The position numbers were made by a program, and so were the translations under genes. A stretch of DNA of 64,000 bases from Paramecium tetraurelia. Lineage: Eukaryota. The DNA lies in NCBI GenBank assembly GCA_000165425.1, contig CT868097.1:316867-380866 (forward strand). Direction: 5' to 3'. This document shows positions 13,826-27,963 of this stretch, one piece after another. Under the pieces are notes generated by a model. The model was not told the DNA's origin. It worked only from the letters and a program-made list of their open reading frames with translations, and made no database searches. The number at the start of each line of letters is the position of its first letter. Within the stretch, counting starts at the first letter, position 1.

Positions 13826-15353
13826 TCAACGTACTTTGCATCTTTGTGTCCAATATCCAATTTCTTATTCTTATTGTTGTATAAGTTTATTTAAGTTAAC
13901 TTTGATTTCTAATCTCCTCATTGGAGAAGGAGCCATTGAAGGATTTGAAAGGGATCTAAGAAGCATAGAGGGAGAACATGTGCTACAATAAAGGAATTGA
14001 ATTACTTTTAGACTGTGGTTGGTGATGACATCTAAGAAGGATTTTTTTTGATTTGCTTAGGCTTCCTATTAAATTTAATAGCTTACTAAATAAACTTGAT
14101 ATTTTTTCTTTTTTTCGTTTTCTTTTTCAAATGTGCATGATTAGGCTGGACCTGTTTGAGGATGAGGCATCACACTTTTATAGGAGGCATGAAATTGATA
14201 ATTGTCAGATTTATTTTTCGATTTCTTCATATTGGATATTAATTTGAGTAGCATTTCATCTGTAATTTATTTTTTTGATGAGCCAACATCTCCTCTATTT
14301 GTACCATTACCACAACTGGAACCAAAAGCAGCAGCACAACGGGTTTCATTACGTTCTGTTAATATTTCCTTCACTTAAAAACGTTTTTACAATATTTAAT
14401 CATATTTTTTCATTAAAGATTAAATGCTTGTTGATTTATTGTTTGGAAGCGTTGTGGTTGAAGATTTAGCACTTTCTTGAAGTCTCAGAGGTGGAATAGG
14501 TACTTTAGGTTACGATGGCTATTAAATTGATTGATTTTTCTTTTTGTTTGCACTAGAGGGAGGCTTCTTCTTGAGAGGTATTTTGGTAATGGATGACAAC
14601 TAACGAGATGTTTAGGTATTGACTTCACAAATAAGAGTATCTATATCCTAATCATTTTCACAATTGAATAGTTTGTTATGATCGCCAGAGTGGTTAAGTA
14701 TCGGATATTAGTTAGGGGTTTTATTTTATGGTTGTGCCTGCTATGGTAAACTTTGTGAAATCTCATAGATGTTATGCGATTTGCTGTCCCATGAAATTTG
14801 TTCCTTGGGATAGGAACTAAATATGTATGTCGATACTACTCAGATACAGATTCAACATAGTTTTCACTAAAAATATGATCTGGAATCATCTTTTTAGTAA
14901 TGGGTTGTTGATTCTAATTATTTTATGCTTTTTATTGTAATTTTAGCAATTTATTTATTCTCTTCTCCATGAACTTATGAGCATTGACTTTGCATAAATT
15001 GGGCTAGGGGATCTTGAAATTGATTAATGAGCATAAATTAGTTACTTTATTTTACTCGTAGTAGAAATCGCTAAGTAATTTAATTCTTGGGTCTTGTTCC
15101 TCTTTCTAATAAAATCGCTTAATATATTCATTTTCATCATGCAAATACAATTAGTCTTTAAATAGAATGACATGATCTACAGGAACATTCGCTAAAATTT
15201 CTGTTATGGGCTTGGCAAAATAAAAATTGAACTACTCAAAATATCTATAAATTCATATCTATCAAAATACTTCTAATGTATTTCTTTCTAGATAAACTTG
15301 TTTTGATTTATTTTGCAAAATTAACAGTTGAGATTCTTTAGTTGGTTATTCAT
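13826..15353 (-). CDS. Hypothetical protein with conserved-looking N-terminal domain and long S/P/Q-rich tail
   Basis: Reads YFAKPITEILANVPVDHVILFKDQLYLHDENEYIKRFYQKEEQDPRIKLLSDFYYEQ...GYWTQRCKVR*. Small introns inferred; start approximate. Confidence 0.65.
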
Positions 15354-15407
15354 TAAATTCAAAAATAAAAATCAAATTTTATTAATTTTTCTTAACAATA
15401 TATTTAA

Positions 15408-17057
15408 TCAAAACTTGGAATATTTGAGTTTCTTCATCTCCTTGTCTTTCTGTTCTTTTTCCATCTCCAACTTTCTGGCCATTTTTTCTCTTTCCTTAAT
15501 GGTTTGTCTCTCATCATTCCTATAATAGAATCAATGAATTACTCTATCATTAATTTTCTTTGCTTTTACTCCTCTTCCATAAGTTCCTGCATTCTCCTTT
15601 TCATTTCTAATTCAGATTATATTTGATTTAATCTTTAATTGATTTCTATCTGCTTCATCAATTATTCCCCAGCTTTCTCTTCCTAATAAATTCTTATTCT
15701 TCTGTCCCTCAATCTCTAGGCCTCAGCTTAGCTCTGAGATTTTCTTTCAAATTGATATTTAATTAATTGTTCTCTGCTGGCATCTTCTATTGCTTTATTC
15801 TATCGTATATAAACTTTGGAAATACAATTTAAAATTGATGAATTTTGCCCTCCTTCTCTTTGTTGATGTGATTCTAGTATTCCTCAAACATCTACTTATA
15901 TTTATCCATATAAGCCAGCTTTTTCTTTTCTTTACTTTCAAATTTTTCTCTTCTTTAAAGATCTTAAGAAACTAGAATTTACTTAAAATATTAAGGAACT
16001 TTACGTTAGCTCTATCGATCTTTTTTTATTTTAATTCGTTCGATCTCTGCAACTATTACTTAGTCCATTCCTTTGATTCTTCGATGTACTTCAACTTATG
16101 CTAATTTTGCTATTCTTTCTTTTCATTTAACTCTTTTTGATGTTAATTAAACTTGTCCTTGTCATTTAACGCTGTCATTGATTTTTGTATGATCTTCAGA
16201 AAGTGTACTTCTTTCTATTACTTCTATACTTCATGGAAATCCTTCAATAATGACATCTGTTTTTATAATTGTAATTCCTTTCTGGACATTTTCTATTCTA
16301 AAACAGCCTATCTTTAGACTTAATCCTTTAGCACTCTCTCTTTATGCAATTAAAGTCTTTTTGAATTGCCCTCCTCTTGTTCCTTCAACACTCTTTATTG
16401 CCATAGTTAGAATTCTTAGAGGTTCATCTCTGCCTTTTTTTATTTGGAATCAATTTCGTATCTAAATTTCTAAAAGTCCTTTTCACTCTCAATCAGCTTT
16501 TTCTGAATTGTATATTATTTTTCTATCCACTTTTAATTATGCGATTAAATCTATTGATCCCTTTAAGCTCGGTAAAACTAAAAGCTACTCTGATACATTC
16601 TTGTTTGACCATCACTGGTGCTTGATAACAACCCTCCTGTCTAAGCCATGGCATCAGTAGGAGCAGTTTCTGGTTTGATATTAGGTTAACTTTGAAGTCT
16701 TAAGAATCTTTATGATTTCTATTTTAATTATTCTAATTTGTCTATTTCGAACATAATGCAATTGATATGCATATCAATATCTTTGACTAAACTTTAAAAA
16801 TGTTCATTGGTCCTTGCATATGGTTCTGCATCTTTCCTTAATGTACCGAACTACATAATGGAGACTCTTACATCTTGAACCAAAGTAATTCTTTTCTCTA
16901 TTTTAGATTGCGATATTTTATTGATCTTCTTTATTTTATCCAAATCATCCCACTTGAATCCCTCGATGTAGAGCAAATGAGTGATTGATTAATCATGTTC
17001 TAATTCCTCGGTATTGCGTTTCTCTAATTCCTTATATTGTTCGAGCAGTTGTTCCAT
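15408..17057 (-). CDS. Hypothetical coiled-coil protein
   Basis: MEQLLEQYKELEKRNTEELEHDQSITHLLYIEGFKWDD... ending EKMARKLEMEKEQKDKEMKKLKYSKF*; E/K/Q-rich, several tiny introns. Confidence 0.7.
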
Positions 17058-17124
17058 TTGATGGTCTAATAAAATAATTAATATTAAAATATATATATAT
17101 ATAAATTGTGGGAACATACATACA

Positions 17125-17892
17125 TCACTAATCAGAACTCCTAAAATACATCTCTATAAGCTTTGCAATCCTTCTACAAACCTCATATGGATCCAAATAT
17201 TCAGATGAATCTTCTCTCTTTTCCTTCAGTTCCTTATCAAGCTAGATTAGTTCCTCTGGTAAGAATCTTAATTTCTCGATATTGATTTATTGATCATCCT
17301 CAGTCTTATTATTTAAAAGTGATTTAACTTCGTCCACCAATTTACACATCATTTTACTAATCTTTTCTTTAAATCGATATTAGAATCTTCCTTTGATCCA
17401 ATCAATTTGATTGGAGTTGTTATCCATTCTTTTTGATGCTGTTTAATTGTGTTTGTTAAAAATCTAAATATTTTTAGAACCTTTACTTATTCTCTTAAAT
17501 GATAATAGTGTCTCAACATTAGAATATCAATTTCACAAACTATTCGCATTCCCTCAGCTGCCAAACTCTTCAAGGGCATAACCTAGAAAGCATTACTTTG
17601 AGGCAATATTTAAGCTTGTAATAATTGATCAGCTATGGTTGTATTATATTAATTGCTAAATAAGAAGTTTGAAAAGCTGGGCATTAGTTGAACACTGGGA
17701 TTCTGATATAAATGAGGATGGGGATATCGTAGAACTTACAATTCTAAATTTTCCTTTGGATCTAGTAATCTCGATTCTCCTATACTAAATGCTTCTGAAT
17801 GCTTAGTTATTGTGCTTTCCTTCGCTAAGAATACATTTAAATTTACTTCTCAGTGATTTAGGGCATGGTTGATTTTATTTATTATTCTACAT
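17125..17892 (-). CDS. Hypothetical protein
   Basis: MQNNKQNQPCPKSLR...WIKGRFQYRFKEKISKMMCKLVDEVKSLL...EMYFRSSDQ*. Two GT-AG introns (near 17826-17847 and 17464-17486) restore the frame. Confidence 0.65.
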
Positions 17893-18009
17893 ATTATATT
17901 CAATATTTCCATAAATCCGAATTAATTTTCATTAATTAAGCAGTAAATCTTAGGTTTCTTAATAATAAACTAAAACATTCTCAAACACAATTCTCTCATA
18001 AATTTTATA

Positions 18010-18159
18010 NNNNNNNNNNNNNNNNNNNNNNNNNNNNNNNNNNNNNNNNNNNNNNNNNNNNNNNNNNNNNNNNNNNNNNNNNNNNNNNNNNNNNNNNNNN
18101 NNNNNNNNNNNNNNNNNNNNNNNNNNNNNNNNNNNNNNNNNNNNNNNNNNNNNNNNNNN
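18010..18159. other. Assembly gap (150 N)
   Basis: Run of N. Confidence 1.
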
Positions 18160-19533
18160 GAATTTGAATACTATTCAATGTAATAAATTGAGTTTTCTAA
18201 GTTTGAACCATCTCTCACACCACTAGAATATAAAATAATTTAGTATCCACAATCTATTTAAACTAGCTCAAAATTATCGAAATATAAATTCTAAACCTAA
18301 TTTTTAATATAATTTGATTGGATTATTACCTATGCTTAATTTAAATCTTTGGGTATTTAAATTTAACTGCTCCTGAAATTTATTTAATTATAAATACTTT
18401 TTTCTAACTATTAGAGTCAAATTTAAAGGTTCTTATTTAAATAAAATAGACTTTTTAAATAAAACTGATATAGGAACTCTTAATGCCTAAATAGTTTGAT
18501 TGTCTCTCTATTTAACCCTTACTTTAAATCTTCTGATATAATTAACCGAAAATAACAAATATCTATTGCTTAAGATCTATATTTTTTAGGTACTTTTTTT
18601 GTTATCAAAACTTATCAGTTAAATTGGATTTAAGCACAATTAATCTTAGGACTCTATAACCAAAGATTGCTTTTATACGGTATTAGTTCTCACTTCTATT
18701 AATTCTATAAATGAAAGATAAGTTTTTTAAAGTTAGAAGATGTGATAAAATGTTATTTAAAAGTAAGACTTGGTAATAACTATTTATTTGATATGCTTTT
18801 ACAAAAAACACCAAATTCATTGTATTTTTTTTAAGTTCCTTAGTATAATGAAGAAATAATAAATGAGAATTTATTATAAATTCACTTCAGAATAATATTA
18901 ACATGGATCTAATTATATTAATATAAAATAAATTCAAAAGGAGTATTAAGGAATCAAAAATTTCTGAATTGTGAGATTTAACAAGAAATTATAATTTCAC
19001 TAGATAAGATAAGACTCCATGTAACTTCTAGGAGTATAAAATTTGGGCTCCTTATCAAATGGTAAGTCTTTAATTCCAACTGATAAAATAAAGATTTCAA
19101 TTTTTTTGAATTGGAGGGTTAACTAAGAGGAGGTGAAATAAATTAGGGTATAAATTTTTCTAACAAAGATATTTGAGAATGTAAATCAAATTAGTGTACT
19201 TATTAGGCATTTTTTTATTAAATATTTCGCTTCGAAGGTCAAACAGTTTCATTTAATTAAACTTTAGTTAAATACAGTGAGGTTTAAATATTGATATTAA
19301 TAATTACGAAATTGATATGTATTTTAGCTGATACTTGAAATTATAGAGAATGAAATATTATAATTAACTTAAATATGAGAAATACATAATTTAAATATGA
19401 ATTACTTTCACAAAATATAATCATATATATATGAAGATTAGATATAGAATAGTATAATAGATTTATGGCGCAAGGTTAGAATAATTATATATGAAATTAA
19501 ATATATTTTATTATAATATTATAGAAACAATAA

Positions 19534-19768
19534 TCAATTAATTTTTTTTCTAAGCATTAGAATATGTGGTTCTGGTTTATAATAGTCATAATGAACCCAT
19601 CCAGGGGATCCTTTTATACCCCAGACTTCTCCATTCTTGTTCAGTTAGAAGTCTTCCAATTTTTGAGATTTTTTTATATAACTCATGGGGTAGGATGACA
19701 TGCCTATACTCAAATTCTCCATCGGTATATTTTTCAGAATAAACTATATCTGTAGGACAGCGAGGCAT
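19534..19768 (-). CDS. CKS1: Cyclin-dependent kinase regulatory subunit (Cks/Suc1)
   Basis: IVYSEKYTDGEFEYRHVILP...LLTEQEWRSLG, then after removing one extra G at 19619-19622, IKGSPGWVHYDYYKPEPHILMLRKKIN* (canonical EPHIL hinge). Confidence 0.92.
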
Positions 19769-19948
19769 TCTAAAAATTGATAAATAAATTAAGAGAATTT
19801 AGAGCAATATCAATTTCAAACGGAGTTCTAAGTGAATTTATTCAACTTTGAGTGAAAAGTAGCTGTAAATTACTAAATTAAAATTTGATAATAATAAATT
19901 AAAAATACTAGAATAATTAATGTAAATAATAAGATTGATTGAATGAAA

Positions 19949-20275
19949 TCAATAATCATCATCGGAATTAGCTTTGTCAACTTCTTGAGGTTTTTGTGAA
20001 TGCTTATCTTAAAAAAATTGATCTTCAACAGCATTAAGATCATCCTTATTATAAACAGCATATTGATTCTCTTTCAGGGCAACAAGATGGTTTTTATTAT
20101 TTTTTTAGACGATCTGTATTTCACAAGTTACTTTTTCCATTGTTTGTTCTTGATATTTAGGTTGGAGAGTTTAGTCCTAAGATTATTGGTTATTGAGAGT
20201 ATCCTATTGAATTTGCTCACAAAAAACCTTTTCTTTATTCCTGTTATGTCCTGGTTCAATAGCACAACAACCCAT
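19949..20275 (-). CDS. Small 108-aa protein with MGCC N-terminus (predicted myristoyl/palmitoyl anchor)
   Basis: Uninterrupted frame MGCCAIEPGHNRNKEKVF...DKANSDDDY*. Confidence 0.7.
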
Positions 20276-20306
20276 TCCTGAATTTTAATAAAAAATATAT
20301 TTAAAC

Positions 20307-21989
20307 TCATAATTCTTTAAATTAATGCTATTGTCCGATACTTGGTTCTTCTTCTTCATACAAGATAGGAAAACAAATTTTGGTATGTCTCTTGCAATAA
20401 TCATGAGTGAAAGGGGATACTGGAAATCCATATTTGTTCATTCTATCCTCCATTTACCCTAGTCTATCAGCGAATTCATAGAATTTTTCTGATTGCTTTG
20501 AGAAAGGATTCCATAAACTACATAAATTTATCATAATTACGTATCTCCCAAAATGGATGATCTTATGAACAATCTTTAGAAGTGAGTATTTTCATTATTG
20601 GTTTCTCCCCAAAGAGGTGCCTCACCTCCAATTATTTTGCCCTTGAATCCTTCTGGAGCTTTTGGAGTCCATTTGTAAATGTCTTTCCAAGTTTAGTAAG
20701 TTTGATAGGTATTTCCAAAAGCATTTCCAACACCAATGTCCAAATACAATGGACGATAGTCACTAAGTATGAAATCATTAGTTCTATTTGCTACTAATTC
20801 GAGTTCATCTGTAGTACCCCACCAATGAATGATATCTTCATCTTCAGCAGGTAATTTATCGTCCTTATTATACCAATAGGCTATTCTCTATTTAGATTTA
20901 ATTTCATTTTTCCATATACTTTTTTATCGTTATCTGTAATAAGTCTGCAATTCTATATAATCTGCAATGCCATTTTTATCCATGAACTCTTTGATTGATG
21001 GTCTTTAGTTGTAGCAACTCTTGATAGCTTCATCTCCACCAAAATGAATAAACTGCACTTTGCTAAACATATCAGATAAATCTTAGAAGACTGATTTAAC
21101 CACATCATAAGTTAAATCTAAAGTAGGATCGAATTGCCCATATTATTTAATTGTGCTTCCACAATTTAAAATAATATATTCTAAATCACTAATATTCCTT
21201 CCCCAAGATTACACATGGGCTGGTGAATCAATTTCAGGTATTATTTACACTCCTCTTATGGATGCATACTCTATCAAATAGGATACATCTGATTTTGTGT
21301 AGTATTCATTTTCTGAATATTTAGATGTGTGGGTTATGCGACTATAATTTGTTAGAAGTAAAGGAAAACTTTCATCATCAGTGATATGCCAATGCATTAC
21401 ATTCATTTTATTGATAGCCAATGCATCAATAGTCCTCTCAAGAGTCTTTAAAGGCAAAAAGTGTCTTGCTGTATCCACCATCACACCTCTAAAAGAATAG
21501 GCTGGCTCATCTTCAATTATAAGTGGTAGCTATTATAGTTAGACAGAGATATACGAATTCAATGCGATCATTTTCAGTTAATTAATGCACTGTGTCTAAT
21601 GCTCGAGCCAAACCCCAATGATTATGAGCATCAATTTATATGTTTAAATATTCATCAATTTTCAAAATATAAGCTTCTTATTAAGTTTTATTAACCCAAT
21701 ATAATTGTTCATCATTTTGAAGGGAAATATGAAATTTCAAAGCTCCTTAATTTTTGAGATTGAAATTCAAAGCCTATTCAAAATTACATTCATTTTTTGA
21801 TGTCATTAATGAATGATAATGACGCAATAATTCAATTACATGTTCTGGATATTGATTACCGTTTGTAAATTGTATTCCACATTTATTAATAACTTTCATG
21901 CTCTTTGACCCTTTAACAAACTATTTGGGCATAGGCATAAGCTAATAAGTACCAACGATTAAGATTGCAATTACAATGATAAATTTCAT
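20307..21989 (-). CDS. Beta-N-acetylhexosaminidase (GH20), secreted/lysosomal
   Basis: Signal peptide MKFIIVIAILIVG; DEPAYSFRGVMVDTARHF, NVMHWHITDDESFP, PEIDSPAH, catalytic HFGGDE, and C-terminal Cys motif DYCKRHTKICFP. Confidence 0.93.
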
Positions 21990-24327
21990 TTATAATTATA
22001 TATAATTATGGAAATCATTCATTTTCTCTTTCTTCTTTTTATTTCATTTGCATTTCAAATAGGAAATAATGCTTAATAAATTTTTAGATTATCCATCAGT
22101 AATAGGAGCAATGGACAATCCATATTATATCATTCTATATACTATTTCAATTCAACTTTAACAAAATAGTAAATTTCTAGTTTCCTTTAATTTTTGATTC
22201 ATTAAACTAATGAATACATTTCTGCAAAGGCAGAAATTCTTTTATATGTGATAATTTCTTTACCCACAGATTGGAACTTCTTAATCAATTACAATATTCT
22301 ATGAATATTTAAGTAGTGATATGTCCAATTATAAACCTCCGTTCAAGCATGATATACAAGATTAAGTATTTATATAAACATTTAGTGATATGGCTTATAG
22401 AAATAATCGATAAAAATGATTTTATTGAGTTTATGAGCAAAATCAAACAATTAATCATTATATTTCCATTAATGAATGATATCCTCTTTATCAAGTGGCA
22501 AACTCTCTTCTTGAAGATAACTAGTTCAGTTTTAATTGCATCTTGTTCAACTAGTTTGACTTTCTTCTGAAATAAGGTTATACTTCATGATAATAGTAAT
22601 ATTTTATTCTTGAATATCTAGTTTAAGATCAAAGCTTTGATCATAATTAATCTTGTTAACCATACTAATTTAAACTACAAGTCAATCAAAAGATCTCCAA
22701 TTCTAAAAAGCTCAATTTCTAAACTAAAAGTAGGTGGATAACTCAACTAAGTCTCATAGAGTTGAGTTTAGACATTTAATTGATCATTAAATAATGATCT
22801 TTATGATTTTACTTATTAGCATCTACATCTTAGATATTTTCTTAATTTAAATGAAATTCATTAAATCTACTTATGAAATCAATCAAATAAATGCATAATC
22901 AATATGATACTTAACTTAAACATTAATTACCAATTTTCTCAACCTTTTTGATATTTATTTTAAGTAATGATATTAAACTAGTTACATTTATTCATTTATT
23001 AAATATTAATTTTTGCTCTTTCTCATATATTGCATGTATTGATCATTATTAATGAAGCCCAAGTAATTTTTGAATAATTAAATAATAATGACTTAAGAAG
23101 TCTATAATATTATCTTACTTCATAATTTTATTTTATATTAACTATAGAAGTTCCTTTTTTGAATGATTTTTCAATTTGAAGAAATTGAAACATAGACTAC
23201 TTTGCTGCTAGTATTATTGATCAATAATTTAATCTTCATTCTGTTTATTAATTTGATTTTTATTCCATAAACTAATATTCAAATGAAATATAGAATAATG
23301 AAGATGAGAACTGAAAAACTTTGCTTTTATATTTCCTATAGGTGATATTGATTCTTTATTTTTAGATGTAATTGACTACTAGACAAGAAGTTTGATCAAG
23401 CCTAGGTATCACAAAAATATTAAAATATTTGAATGCGTTTTTTATTAGTCCTTTCTCTTTATTGTAGACCAAATTGTATTCTATTGAAGGCTTAAATGAC
23501 AGGAGTGATAAATTCATCTATTAATTTTATTATCTCACATTTAATGAGATTAATATCGTAAATAAATATATCTCCAAAAATTATTCAAACTTACTAGAAT
23601 AGAATTTATATATTAATTAACCAATTAAATAATAAGCCACTCTATTTCTATAATGGAAATATATATGTATGAATTAAGATACATCATCAATATGATGCCT
23701 ATAATTAATCATACATCTAAAGGAGATTCATAAGCTAGTAAATGATTCAAAGATAATTCTTTATTATAACAATACAAAAAATGGATTATTGCTTAATAAA
23801 TCTAATAAAATGATATTGAATACATTAATTTAAATTTATAAAAAGAATAGTCAATAAATAACTAGAAATTTAACAATATCAAATTAGAAATCAAATTAAA
23901 AGCAAAATTCTTTAAAGAATTAATACTGTGGTTTGATTATTCACAATCATTGATAGGTTAATGCTTAATTTTTATTGATTAAAGTGAGTATAATAATTGA
24001 ATTAGATATAATTAAATCTAAATTTATATTGGTTTCTTAAGCAGATGTTTTCCAAATATAAAAGAGAGAGTAGACCTATAAAGTATTTAAAAATGTTAAT
24101 ACAATCAATAATTTAAATTTGTTGCATCGTTAAGTAATAAAGAACATGAGATCATTCAAAATTGAGAATTGTTGATTATCCAACAACATTTTGATTATTG
24201 CAGAAATTTGAATTAGAACATTAGTTTTGCATTCAGTTAATCAGAGAATAGATAAAATGGAGAAATAAACAGAGGGCAGAATTTGAATAAATATTATATA
24301 AAATAAAAAATACAAAAAAAATTTAAA

Positions 24328-27300
24328 ATGGCAGAAGCTACACCTGAAATCACGTTATAGATATATGCCTAAGCACTTGAAAATTTGGAGAAAGCATACG
24401 ACATCTTGCATACTCCTTATTCCAATTTTATGGTTGAGAGCACAAAAATCTTGGTATCTCCTGATTATCCAGTTGAAATAAGAATCAACATTGGAGTGGT
24501 GCTTAGGAATATTTTGATAGAATAATGGGAGTTGATATAGCCTTCTCGTAAAGTAATACGTGAACTCCTTTTAAATGGGTTAGTTATGAATGTGTCAAAC
24601 ATGCCTATCATAGAATTGATTGTAATCAATAATTAATACTTATAAGTCATCAATAATCGTGTCCATAATTGTATTGGATCCAAGTCACATATGGCCAAGT
24701 CCATTGATGGAGCTTTTAAATTGGATGGACGATATAAACGCAGTTGAATCTAGTTTAGAACTGTTCTTATAATTGTTTGGCAGATTGAGTGAGACTAATG
24801 GAGAGCATCAGAATTTGTTGAAGGAAATAGTGCCTTCAGTGCTTGAGAAGGGATTTGGAATATTTGCATAGCCAGAATTGAATGAGATGCTGAGAGAGAA
24901 AATATTATTGATGGTGTATCTGGTATTGAGATCGATTTCATTTGCTGATGGGACTGACAATTCCTTGGTTAATAAATGTATGGACAATACCTTCTAAATA
25001 TGGATGGTATCATATACAAATATAATAATAGTCATTATTTTTGTCAGCCTTGCAAACATCACCAAAATCACACATCTTTATAAAGAAGTTGGTTTTGAAG
25101 ATTCTGATAGTCATATTCAGAGATTTCGGAGTTTATAGCAGGAAATCCCTGGCTATCTCTTTAATTCCAATTTGGAAATTCTTCAACTCCATAACTTAAT
25201 TGTATATTGGACACATTGTGTATTAGATAGATGTGGATCATATCGACGCATTATTTGTGGAGGAGGCAAAAGAATTGCCAATTAGTAATTAAAGAATAAT
25301 AAATTTGAGAAATGGTAAATCTAAGTTGTAATTATGTTAGACATTGAGTACAAATATCTTAATGAGGATGATGATTACGAGAATCATATTGAAGGATTGT
25401 GTGCATATTCTATAGAGTTGATTACCATCTTAGTTACAAAACCAGCTCTTTACAATTTAATCAAATTTGGAACCTTCCCATTGTTGAATACTCTATCGAC
25501 ATTTTTGACTGCCACCAAAGAATAAGAGAAACAATGGGTTAAGGATCCTAGTTACTTCATATTGAATGACGAAGAAGAATTGCTTTAGAAGAGCGTAAGA
25601 ACCTTGGCCTTGAAATTGATTAATGATATGATTGAGAAATATGGTGATCAATTCATTCAATAAATACTTATTGTCGGAGAGAAGTTAATACTTAATAGGG
25701 ATGAGAAGGAGTTCATCGATTTGGCTCAGTCCATTATATCTAAATTGAATTTCCAGGAATTGAAGGGACAATAGTCTAAGGATTTTGATTAAGATAGTGT
25801 TATGCAATTTATGAAAGGTTCAATCATTACTATCAACAATAATCATTATCTCAAATCATTTATACAAAAGAGAAAGGAAACTGGTTACTTATTATTGGGT
25901 AGTTTCTCAGAAGACATAATTGTGTTTTAGCAAAAACATCAGAGCACTTTCGATATTAAAAAGTGCATGTAGAACATTCTGTATGAATTGGAGAAACAGA
26001 GTAAAATTTAATAATATGTATTATTAGATTCACATAGTTTATAAGCTAGAGCCATATGGAGTACTACCAGATATTCAGATTTGATTAGTCACTAATTCAA
26101 AGAGCTATTTGTGCCTCTTTTTGAATCGGTTATAGTGTATTTGGATTCCAAATTCCCAATTACTCTTAGAATCATCTCAGTCAAAGCATTAGGAAAGTAA
26201 ATTAACACAATAAATGTAGTTATGCTTCCAAGATTCATAAATATAGCATACCTTTTGAATATAAACAAGAATTTATGGAATCAGTGCTGACTGTGTTACA
26301 AGAGGCAACTCAAGACTAAATGATTTCTATTTTAGAATCTACAATTCATCTAGTTAAATTCTCACCTAATTTGGCTACAACTTTAGCAAAGAGCGGATCT
26401 AAGGTTTTACTATAGTTTTTCAGTGTTTTCCATTCAGAATAATCTGTTATTAAACCGTTTAATGAATTGATAGTGAGAATATGTTAATGCAAGGAGGCAT
26501 ACCCTTATATTTTTGAAGTAATACCAATTCAGTTATTCAAGGTGTTTTGTCCATTCATTTTGGATTGCTTTTAGGTTTTCTATGAGGATGTCCACAAAAT
26601 ATAAGACAAGAGCAAGATCAAATAAAGTGATATTACGTTGATGAGTGCTATCATGAACATTACGTCAACCTTTATCAAATTCTGTTCGGATAGTAAGGCA
26701 CAGGATGCTTTTATTAATTTGTTACCTTCTATGGTTAATCTGATTCTGATTAATGAAGACCCATAATTATAAGTTCACACTAGTTAATGTCTCAAGAACT
26801 TTATTATCATAGAAACGGGATAAATTCTGAAGATGTATAGATATTTACATATAAATTTAGGAATCTGGTTCAAGATGTTATGAAAGTCAACTTAAAATTA
26901 TTGGAAGTCTCTTAGAATTCAGCAAATGAATCAGCCTCCTTATTTGCAGGCAATTTAGTTATGATTACAATCAATAATCTTTTGGATGGGAATCCAGATC
27001 TGAATCTATTAAAGGCAGTTGTGTTTAAGATTTACAGATCTAGAATGCCATCAACAGTCCAGTCTTTAGTTTTAGTCTATGCTAGAATGATAATTGAGAA
27101 ACCCAAAGAATCAATAGCATTTTTAACCTCTTGGAGCATTGACAATAGAATGGCTCTTAAAGTGCTGATTGATAAGTGGTTATTGTAATAGCCCTTGTTT
27201 AGAGGAAAGGGAACTAAGAATGCCACTTTCTCAGCCTTAATGAAGTTGTTTTTAGTTAAAGATAAAACTCTAGAGAATCTGTTAGTTATTGGGTATAATC

Positions 27301-27929
27301 CAAGTCATCAGAATATCAACAGTGGTAATAATAACATACAATAAAATACAAGATGTCTATGCACCATTTAAAATCTTGTCCTTGCTTATAAGATGTCTGG
27401 ATAATGAAATTGTACCTTGCAAACAGGAAAATGTCGATTAATAATAAGAAGATGATCGTTTGGAGGTGGACAATGACGATGATGATTTTAATGATAAGAG
27501 ATATCAAGATCAAGTGGATGTGGATTTAGAAAAAATTAAAGATGATGAAGATTAAGACATTGCAGACAGATTTGCTGTATTTTTTAGACATTTATCAATT
27601 TAGTTGTTGGATCCAAAAGAAAAGAAAGACAAAGGATTGGCAGATTTGGAGACAGGATCAACGTTGTATATGAGTGAATTCTTAGATTTTAATCAAGAAG
27701 TTGGAGAAGAATGTGATGAAACAACTGAAGAAGATTTAACTTATTTGAAAGATCCATGTTTGAATATCAATCTTGTGGTAATACTGATCAATATATATTT
27801 AAGGATACTCTTAAAGAGTTTTTCACAAATTTATAAAAAAATGACCAAGAATATTTCAAGTTTTGTTTACGCCATTTACTTAAAGAGGACATTCTCTTAT
27901 TATAGAAGCATATTAAACTAAACTCCTGA
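24328..27929 (+). CDS. IPO9: Importin-beta family karyopherin, importin-9-like
   Basis: About 1100-aa helical HEAT-like protein; DPSYFILNDEEELLQKSVR, an acidic loop near the C-terminus, and DETTEEDLTYLKDPCLNINL typical of importin-9; many tiny introns. Confidence 0.75.
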
Positions 27930-27963
27930 TTAGTTTCATTAATAAATATAATAAAAATGTAAA

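Noticed and set aside
18160..19500. Coding-like patches after the gap
   Set aside because: No recognisable motifs and scattered TGAs; cannot support a gene call.
4845..19625. Programmed +1 ribosomal frameshifting (Euplotes-style) to explain the insertions in dynein, actin and CKS
   Set aside because: No shared AAA-TAR motif, TAR is Gln in this code, and sites are heterogeneous and clustered; sequencing error is more parsimonious.
22075..24300. Possible degenerate minus-strand gene(s)
   Set aside because: Several partial open frames but no coherent exon chain or family motif.
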